Origin: Balanoglossus misakiensis
Taxonomy: Eukaryota; Animalia; Hemichordata
Assembly: GCA_040954595.2 (NCBI GenBank)
Contig: CM082579.2
Coordinates: 10,529,625-10,593,624 of the forward strand
Reading direction: 5' to 3'
DNA length: 64,000 bases
The notes under the pieces are model-generated. The model did not search any database and was not told where the DNA came from. It saw nothing but the letters and a program-made list of their open reading frames with translations. A program made the translations under genes and the position numbers. Positions 43,401-52,984 of the stretch are shown one piece after another. The stretch's first letter is position 1; each line of letters begins with the position of its first letter.

Positions 43401-46373
43401 GATATTTGTTACCCACACATTGATGATAGTCACTGGTTATCCAACATTGAATCTACTCACTGGTTGGAACATGTCAAGGTATGTATTGTAATTCACATTC
43501 CAATATTCAACTCGTACAACTTAAATTTACATTCAGTAAATGGTCATATACCATATACTATTTGCCTATGGCAAACACAGAGCATTAATCCTTTGTATCA
43601 AACATAATTAATGGAAAAAAGGCAGTGAGAGAGAGACTTTGTCCCTTTAAAGTCAGAAGACATACAACTAAAATCTGACACACATTTGCATGATTTTTTG
43701 TGTGCAGCTGATCTTAGCAGGAGCTGTACGGATAGCCGATAAGTTAGAAAGTCAGAAGACGTCAGTGGTATTGCATTGCAGTGATGGATGGGACAGAACA
43801 GCACAACTCTCCTCATTGGCAATGATTATGTTGGATCCATACTACAGAACTATCAAAGGCTTTGAGGTACTCATTGAGAAAGAATGGACCTCACATGGAC
43901 ATAAGTTTGCCCAGGTATGTCAGACTAGATCCAGCACCTGTAAAAGAATAAGCTTTAGATGTAAATGTTAAGAATGAGGAGTATTTCGGGTTTACACTTT
44001 CCATTTAAAGTATTTTGAAGAAAGACGTGGCATTGACTTATTTTGTATAATCAAGCAAGTTATGTGTATTTTTAACATAATTAAATCTTCAAAAATGATT
44101 TTGAATGTTTTGAGGAAAATCAACAAGGCTTCCATTGTATCTATGTGTACACGTACAAATAGTGATGTCATGTATGCCATTCCCACTGTTAAAACATTCA
44201 TACACTCTGGGAAAATCTTCAAGTTTGAGATTTATGGACACTGTTGTACCAGGGTGAATGGTTGCACTCTAATCTTTTTCTATAGTTAATGAGTGAGTAG
44301 TGTCCATGGTAAGGCTACAAAAAGAAGTGTCGCTCAAAAAGTATTTCTGATTTTTTTTTTGCTTTCTAGAGAGTTGGTCACGGAGACAAGAATCACACAG
44401 ATGCTGATAGATCCCCTATCTTTTCACAGTTTATTGATGCTGTATGGCAGATGACCAGACAGGTAAAAATTGTCTTTCTCATAGATACTGTCTGGATAAC
44501 AGGTTGTTTTTTTCAGTGTAGATCACAGGCATATTAAACTGCATGATTTCTCCACGAATGTTAAGTGGAATATTGGTTCAACTGAAAAACAGTACCAGTT
44601 TGAGAAACTGAATTTTCATGGGCCAATTTAACTTCTCAAACATGACCCCCCCCCCCTCCCATGTCACACATGTATCACAGTATGTGTACCATTGTGAGAA
44701 CAAGTATCAACCATGGGAATGCACATTGATAACTTTAACATAGAATGTGAAACTCCTGACAACATATTTTTAATGGCAAATTTCTTGGTCAAAGTAATAT
44801 TTTACATCCAATACAATGGAAGGCTCTTTCTATGAATTTTATTCCTTTGTCCACAAAATTTGTAGATCCAGAAGTGTTTGTTTTGCACTTTAAAAAGATC
44901 ATGCAGTTGGAACAAATGATTGTGTTATTGATAGACTACCGTAGTATTGACTTAGAAAATGTATTATGTTTTATTGCCAGTTTCCTAGTGCTTTTGAATT
45001 CAACGAACATTTCCTGATCACAGTACTGGATCATCTCTACAGCTGTTTATTTGGAACTTTCCTCTTTAATTGCGAAAGAGAAAAAGTGAAAGAGGTAAGA
45101 CAAGGTTTGAAAGTTACTCGCATGCCACCTGAACATGCATGTACTACTCATTCCTCCAGTATGGTTAACACCCAGAACTCCAATGGAGTGATGTGCATAA
45201 AAAATGAATGTTGTTGTTTACATAGCCAAACTGCCTAATGCCTCAAAGAAAAGGGTCAAAAATCACCGAAGAAGTTTCGCGCAAATGGTGATAAACTTAA
45301 GTGATTAAATATTCATGATGTATCGCAATGGCAATCGCCGATTGGTCAATCCTGCTATTCCACCCTGAGACATTACCCGGACTGATAACAAGCCACACCA
45401 CCACAAAATCACCAATGTCCATACACCTCACTCAGTAACTGACTGACTCACTAACTAACTAAAAACATTTCAACCATTTCACGATGTTTTCCATTTTCAG
45501 GATGTGAAAAACAAGACTGTGTCCCTGTGGTCACACATCAATAGCCAGTCAGAAGATTTTACCAATCCATTATACGCTGCCTATCTCAACCAGCATGTAC
45601 TCTTTCCAGTAGCAAGTATGAGAAGAATTGAATTATGGACAAATTATTATGTCCGTTGGAATCCAAAAATGAGGCCACAGGTAAAGGAGTTTAATAATGC
45701 AGTCTTTCTTTTAAGCCTCAATAACTCTAGTCTCTACCTTTTTGCTATTTTTTTTCATTAATTTTCTCCCACCTTCATTGTATCACCCCGGTTTCTTGTT
45801 GTTATCTGAATAGCTGCTCAAGCAGGAAACCACAGTTCGTACCCTTAACAAACAACACTGAGACAATAGCCATTGGATAAAGTTTCAATGGTGAATGAGT
45901 TCACAACATTCATGACAGAGATCAGGGAGAAATCAAACGGACATGGATGAATAGATTGATGGAAGGAGAAACAGACAGACAGATAGATAGACAGATGGAC
46001 GGACAGACAGACACATACATACATACATACATACATACATACATACATACATACATACATACATACATACATACACACACACATACACACACACACATAC
46101 ATACATATATAGACATAGATAGACAGCTCTGAAGATCATTTTCTCAGCACATGACAGTCACTAACTATTATTCAATATCCAATTTGATTGTAACAGGAAC
46201 CAATCCATCAGAGAAATCGTGAACTTCTGGAGCTGAGAACCCAATTACAACGCAAAGTGGAAGAGTTGCAGAGAGAGATAGATGCCAAAGAAGCGAGAGA
46301 ACTTGGGCTACAAACACCTCCACCAAGTGCTAGTTCACCAACCAGGGTTGCCAGCCCAGTCAATGCAAGTTAG
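37456..46373 (+). CDS. MTMR2: Myotubularin-related PI3P/PI(3,5)P2 3-phosphatase (MTMR2/MTMR1/MTM1 subfamily), about 649 aa
   Basis: 16 exons: 37456-37638, 38327-38405, 38809-38903, 39219-39329, 39783-39884, 40124-40207, 40640-40714, 41440-41514, 41933-42121, 42561-42652, 43385-43478, 43708-43914, 44370-44462, 44981-45094, 45501-45680, 46197-46373 (1950 nt). PH-GRAM region, [21 protein letters not shown], intact catalytic [18 protein letters not shown], and a C-terminal coiled coil. Confidence 0.96.
39343..39427. mobile_element. Palindromic MITE (YAGCCTGG..CCAGGCTA), 9-10 bp TSD, in MTMR2 intron 4
   Basis: Arms of about 33 bp with 1-2 mismatches. TSD GGTTTACTG at 39334-39342 and 39428-39436. 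Confidence 0.9.
42935..43115. mobile_element. Decayed Tc1/pogo-like MITE with internal ATAAGTCGCA repeats
   Basis: AAAGTCATTTAATAAGTCGCA ... TCTTATAAAATGACTTTAACGGTA, with three ATAAGTCGCA units. Confidence 0.5.
45973..46125 (+). repeat. Compound (GACA/GATA/CATA/CA)n microsatellite
   Basis: Tetranucleotide and dinucleotide arrays in the last MTMR2 intron. Confidence 0.93.
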
Positions 46374-46395
46374 AACTAGAACAGTTGTCATGTCT

Positions 46396-46491
46396 TTAAC
46401 ACTTTCATCATGGTGATTTGGTCCAAATCCATTGTTTTCCTTTGGTAAAGTTGGACCGCTGCAGAGGGAAACTGGGGGGTGAAAGGGTTAA
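46396..46491 (+). mobile_element. piggyBac-like TTAA MITE in the MTMR2 3' UTR
   Basis: TTAACACTTTCA ... TGAAAGGGTTAA, starting 22 nt after the stop codon. A related inverted copy lies at 14979-15075. Confidence 0.65.
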
Positions 46492-46903
46492 GAAAATGTA
46501 CAAATTTGTCATAATCCACTCTGATCAGCTGCAGACATATAGAGACTGTGTTTACCTTTGCTGTCCACTTCTGCTCTTGTTGCCTCTCTGTGTCATCTGA
46601 CCAACTGCCATAGAAGGTCACCTAGTAAAGATAGAGCCTTTATGTATTTTGACAGCTGATTATAATCAGATTGACAGCAACCCATGTCTAGCTGAGATAG
46701 TTATCAGCATTTTACAATCAGAAGTAGTGCACATGCACTAATGGAATATTTACAACAGACTTGGGGGGGGGGGTGTAATAGAGACCTCAAGAGTGCAGGT
46801 TTCTGAATGTCATGTCATAAATATGTGTAGAGTCAACATTACAAGATTGGCTTGTATGAAGCTTCTGTGAAGACATTTAAATTATAGTAGGCATGTTGTT
46901 AGA

Positions 46904-47033
46904 AAATCTGATTAAAATCAGATGTAGGGAACGGCGACGTGTTTTTTTTATGCTGTCGCCTCACACCACTAGTGTAGGCGACAGCATTAAAAAACCATGT
47001 CTCCGTTCCCTACATCTGATTTTAATCAGATTG
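46904..47033. mobile_element. Palindromic MITE ((C)AA..TTG ends), perfect 9-bp TSD
   Basis: TSD GTTGTTAGA at 46895-46903 and 47034-47042. Same family as 23005-23098 but with a longer centre. Confidence 0.9.
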
Positions 47034-48969
47034 GTTGTTAGATTACTTTTGATAGATACGGTTTTCTTTCAAGAAATAATCGCTATGGAAGCTTTGCAGA
47101 ATCATGTAATAAGCCTTCTGAAAGTTGAGGAAATTGTTTTTCTACAAAGTGTAAGTAGCTATTGATATTGATGGGAGTTTTAGATGAAGTAGCTGTACTT
47201 ATCACCTTTTCCAAACTTTAATAGTTACTATTTGCCTTTAGAGGAACATTCACATTTGTTAAGAATTGATGAAGACTGGACAGGTGTGTTTGTACACAAT
47301 TCAGATGCAAACTTGTACATTGAAATGTCTTGTTTTTTTTCAGTACATTGTATTCAACTTCAACAATCAAGGAACTATTTAACTCAGTTTTGCTGAACAG
47401 GCTAGTAGAATTAAAATTGCATGTAATTTTGTTTAAATCACTTTCAAAAAGTTTAGTGCATTCACTTGTTGATAAATATTGCAAATAAATATTTGTGTGA
47501 ATGTGAAATTAAGGGGGGGTTGGTTAGGAGAATGAAGTGGTAATGCTTTAGATCGTAATGTACGCATTGCACAGTAAAATCTTATTTAGAGCCTCATATA
47601 CTAAGGCTCCATGTACATATTCATGTAGAGTCATGGTAACATAGTTAGCCATTCCACGGTCACTCCACCGTGGCCATTCCAAAAACATGAAACTGTACCG
47701 ATAGACTTATAGAGAAAAATTCACTGGGTCTTTGAGACTTGGAAATATTCATTATTAAGTGTTTTGGTAGCATTTTGAAGCCAGATAACCATGGTTGTTA
47801 CGGCTACCCACCCTCACACACACACATACATACACACACACACACACTGAATTAATATCAACATGAAAATCATATTTAATTATATATCACTGTCAAGAAG
47901 AGAAATAATAGTGATCGCAACCAAATGAGACTTTTAACTGTTTCAAAGCAAATTATTGTCAGTGTTATATAATTGACAAGCTTTGTGCAATTGAAAGTTT
48001 TGTAGTCAGCCTTTGAGAAAATAAATTTGAAAACATATTTTCTTGTGTAGTACCATAATTTATTCAAGTTTGTTGTGTGTCAGTGCATTTAGACTGATGA
48101 CGTCTACTGTAGTTTTGTGAAAGATGCAAAAAAAAAATTGAATGGGTGATTGGAGGAATTTACAAGTCCAGCCCTGCTGTATCATAAAATGTTGGCAAAT
48201 GAGAAAATGAATGTGTAATCATTTTCTGTTCGACAAGTTCTCATAAGCTTTGAATGCAATGTGCAAACCATCTCATGATCTGTATCTTCTCTGGGGTTGT
48301 AAGCCAATTTTGTTTGATATCTAACGGTATTTGCATTTCAATTTGAGATATTTGCAACACTGAATAAGAACAGAGTTCCACTTGTTTGACCACTTTATAG
48401 AAAACATCAACGTGAACCAACAATAACCGAAGAAGCACAGAATAGGTTTAAATGCGGGAGTGTTCCCATGAATCATGGTCGCACCTCATCTATCTTTCAG
48501 GACGCCTCCCCCCCCCCCCAGGATATCAAATGGTTTACCCCAAAGTTTCAGGGTCATAGTTCGCGAGAATCCACGAGATTTGTTATCGCACGTTGGTTCC
48601 GTACGTTGTCAGAAGTGTGTCCGTCCTGTTGACGTCTTAGGAACATTATTTGAAGCTTTTTTCTCCAGGTGCAGTGGACATAACAGATAAGAGCGCTTTA
48701 CAATGTGATTACGAACTGGTCTTTCCAAACCAAAGCCTTTGCATTGGCAACGGGAAGGAAGTGATTAGTCGGAATGTCTGCAACTTCTGAGCGACAGCCA
48801 TTGAGTTGACTAGCGGAACGCACTGTGAAAACACATAAACCTGAGAGTAGCTGCAGTTTTGTAGCCCCACCACTACCCTTGACGATTTTTGTTTTTGACG
48901 GGTAGTGGTGGGAATCCACTAGCACTGCAACAGACGGATCTCGACACAGCAGTAGTCAGCACAGCCACA

Positions 48970-51146
48970 ATGATAGATGGATTACTAAGCGCTGTTGCCA
49001 TCACCGTTCTCTTGCTGTTCATATTTTCCAAACTTCCAAAGACACTTGCTGAGGAAAGACGCAGGTCTGGCGTCGTATTCCAAAGTGATTTTGCCAGACT
49101 TGGAGTGTTGACCTTGTCACTTCCTCTGATTGCCTTCCTTTTAACAGTTTTAATTTCAATCTTCTGGAACTTAGAAGGAACAACGAAGACGCATTGTAAG
49201 GTGAGTAACGGCAGACGTAGTAACAGTAATCGAAGTTTGTCTCAGGTCGACCTCACACAGGAGGGAGCTTCCGCCTTGTTTGTAGTACGTGTGTGTGTTT
49301 TTGTGTTACTTGGTCTTGATTAAATATTAATTCACAGAAAAACGTTTGTTTCTTTGTTTGATTAAAAATATGTCACAGAATTATATGTAACTGTACCTTG
49401 CATGTCACATTTATTGGTATGCTTCGATCCTGTTGTGACTTTTTGAGCATGGTGGCAACAATATTTTCTGCCTTCAATGTTTGACTTTATCATGTCTTTC
49501 TCTGCAGGTTGTCAATATATTACCTTCAATAAGTGCCAGTATTGGTGATTTCACCCCGCAACGGTACATATGGAGATTAGCCATTGGTCTTCACAGTGCA
49601 CCAAGACTTCTGTATGCCTACACACATTACACCTGGCTGTGTTTCACCAGTAATGAAGGGTGTTTGGGCAACTCCCAATTTCAGATATTTTGTAAACTGG
49701 CCTTATGCTGTGAATTATTGGAAATTTTCTCTTTACTTGGGTTGACCATTGTGTCATCATCAGAAAATTTTGGTAAGTATAGATATTATATTGAGTGATC
49801 TTGTAATAACTGTGTCTGTGACTTATTATTAATTGCATTGTATCAACATTTATCAACACTGTCTCTACCTCTTCTTTGTTTCCCAGGAATAATACTATAT
49901 CAGCTTCCCTGATTCCAAACTCCATGCTGAGAAGTTGAGTTGAGGCTCACATGATCATTTCTTCCAGTGTTAAATTTTATCCATTAATCCAGCAAGGACT
50001 GGCTGTTTTTTTTTTATTATTTTGTGATCTACAGCATTCCACGAGGCCTGTACAGTTTTATTTCTCGCAACGGCAGTGTCTTACATGACCATAATCACTT
50101 TCATGTTTAAATGGAGACTCGAAAAAGGCAGAGATGGACAAGTAAGTGAGAGCTTCCATGCAGGACATTACTACATTTATCTTGTATTTGTATAAAATTA
50201 CCAAGTTTTTTAATTTAGTTGTTCAATTAGTAGGTCAGTAGTAATTTCAGAAAAAAAAGTTATTTCAGAATTTCAATTGATCTGACCATAACTCTGACGC
50301 CTCATACCAGTACAATACTGTCATTAATATGTTCAATATCTATCTCTTCATAAGATAATTTTGAATAAACTACATGTACAATTTTTTTTTCCATTCACAG
50401 TTTAGTGTATCTTATAAGATGAAACGGATGTGTTGGCTGACAACGATGGTATCGGTTGTGATGATGGCTTATTTATACCGGCGACACAACAAATACTGTG
50501 AACCCTACAGTGAGTCTTAACTGTCATGCTGGTTTCCTGCCAAGTGTTCACTCAGTCTCTGATTGTGTTCTTCTGACAATTTGACAGTACAATCATCAAC
50601 CATGTATTTAACCCTAATGCTACTGGGTGTCATATCTGTTTAGAGTGTCAAGTCCCTTAAAATACGTATTTGCCACTTTTTCTTCTAAAACGTATTTTGA
50701 CTGTCTTGACATGGCTCTCATACGTACTTAGACACACTTTGCAGTCTGAGCCCCCTGAAAAATGTACCAAACCGTACTGGTTTGTACTGTATTGGTCTGA
50801 GGGTCTTGTATAGGCCCTACTGAATAACACACACTTGGCAGTCTAACAGGCCTGGGTGCCAGGATTCTGAGGCACCCTGGAAATCAAACCAGTTTCAACT
50901 GACTTGGCAGCGTTAGGGTTAAAATTCATGTTGTAAGATAAAAAACTGGGAAAATTAGTCTTGTGAGTATTTCATACATTCACCAGATACGTGTTTTGTT
51001 TTGTTTCAGTTTACAGTGGATTTGCTCTCTTTGAATACATGGTTGTTATAGCAACAATCTGTTTCCATGGTACCGCAACATTGGACGTACAGGATAAAGA
51101 CCTGATTGTGTGCACACAGGCTTCAAGATTTGTCCAAAGTGTATAA
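48970..51146 (+). CDS. PGAP2: Post-GPI attachment to proteins factor 2 (Frag1/DRAM/Sfk1 family), about 282 aa
   Basis: Exons 48970-49200, 49508-49772, 50035-50141, 50401-50509, 51010-51146 (849 nt). Motifs TKTHCKVVNILPSISASIG, PQRYIWRLAIGLHSAPR, SSSENFAFHE, RRHNKYCEPYIYSGFALFEYMVV..FHGT. Confidence 0.92.
50608..50922. mobile_element. piggyBac-like MITE in PGAP2 intron 4
   Basis: TTAACCCTAATGCT ... CAGCGTTAGGGTTAA: TTAA TSD with CCCT..AGGG ends. Confidence 0.75.
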
Positions 51147-52984
51147 AATCATAAATCAAGGCTATTTATTTTTTTCCATCTATGACAGTTTTTCGGTTTT
51201 TCGTAATGGTCATGTATATTCTTTTTAGAAAACAGTGTCACTGTGAAAATTTTATTATTAATATTAAGTCGAGTCAAGTGAACGTATGTGCACATTTATT
51301 TGCATTTCAAGGCCTCCAGCCCATATACAAAGGGATATTTGTCAAATGATCAAATGATTCATACAAGATATTTTGCACTGAAAGTAAAGGAAAGCACAAA
51401 GTAATGACATGCAATTTCTCTAATACAAATGTTGCCAAAAGCTTTGTTAAATACAGGATCTCGCATTGGATTACTGAAAGTTATTCAAGTTCTGAGGAGT
51501 TCAAAACAGCATTTCTTCTTGAAAAGCTCTGTGTACAAAACTACAGAGTCAGTTAGCAGTTGCATGATACAAATATTCCTTCAAAGAAACAATTCTGTCT
51601 TCAATTGTCACATCTTTGAACGGACACACTGTTTTTTATTTAATTCACCAATTTTGGAGTTGGGACAAATAGAACCTTAATGGAGTGGGTATCAGTAAGT
51701 GAAAGATCTAGCACTACAAATTCATTGTCAACTTTTCTCAATTCCCAAAACTTTCATTTAGGGAAGGATGTTTAAGATCAAATATAATTAATTTCATCTT
51801 TTGTGCACATATAAGATTTGTAATAATAAAAGTATTGTATGTGTTTGTAGTACATAAATTACAAATTTTCTTTTAACATACACCATTACAATTCCATCTA
51901 GCCAACTTGATATAAAAAGTTGCCAACTACATTACTGAAACTGATATTCCATATAAATATTAATGCTTAATCTAAATAAATACTTTCTATTTATGAGTGT
52001 TGCATTAGAAAATGCATTCAAATCATATTTTCAATTTCTCAGCTATTATGCAGGGCCTTAGTCCATATATGCCAGTACTGATTCAGAAATTCCATCTTCG
52101 ATTTCGTAGAGAACTTCCTTCGAAACCATGGCACTAGATGGTTTCGTTTTGTACTTCAATTTAAACGTATATTCCTACAAATTGAAAAGAAAAAAATGCG
52201 AACAGGTTATTGGCCGTTGTGTTTGGCGAGTGTGCGGCGGGGATGTAGTATGTCGCCCTCACTGGTTAAACTGTGGCTATCGCGCGCGTCGTGTGCACTT
52301 TCACTTCGCCTAATCCCTTTATAAATAATTCGAACGCAGTATTCAAACCATCGTTGGCGTCAGTAATACTGTAGTCATCTCCTTGTCCATTATTCCTTCC
52401 AATTAGAAATTCTCTACATAATATCGTAATGAAAACGATGTTTGTTTTACTCAAACGCGACGAAGTGCTCTTTTTATTATTCCGTAATGCAGAGTGTATT
52501 AGAATCAAGCGTCATTATCAGTTTAATCCCGTCACCAACGTAGATAAAAAAAACTGAGAGTCGCAAAAAATGTATAGAGTTTTTTATAGTCAACTTTAAT
52601 GACAGTACTGAAGTACAGCTTAAAAGTACATAGAAGTTAATAAATACAGTAAGGGAAAACGGCTTGTTAAACTTTTAAAAACATAAAAAATACAGTGTGA
52701 TTTAGTGAAATAAGGGATACGGTAGATTTACATTGAGACTATCTTTGTTAGTCTGGTTAGGGTGTGTTTTCTCAGTCAGGTGCGAACCAATACCGAAAAG
52801 AAGTATTTACAAGATTTTATAGTCTGCGTATTAAACACATGGTTATTTCAGATTTATTATGATGGGGTAACAGTGGTCGTCTGTTATTTATCAACAATTA
52901 TAGAAATTCATCTTCAGAAATGAAAGTTGCATGAAATCCTTGGTGTATTGTGATTGCTTTAATTTGTGTCTTTGTAAACCTAGT

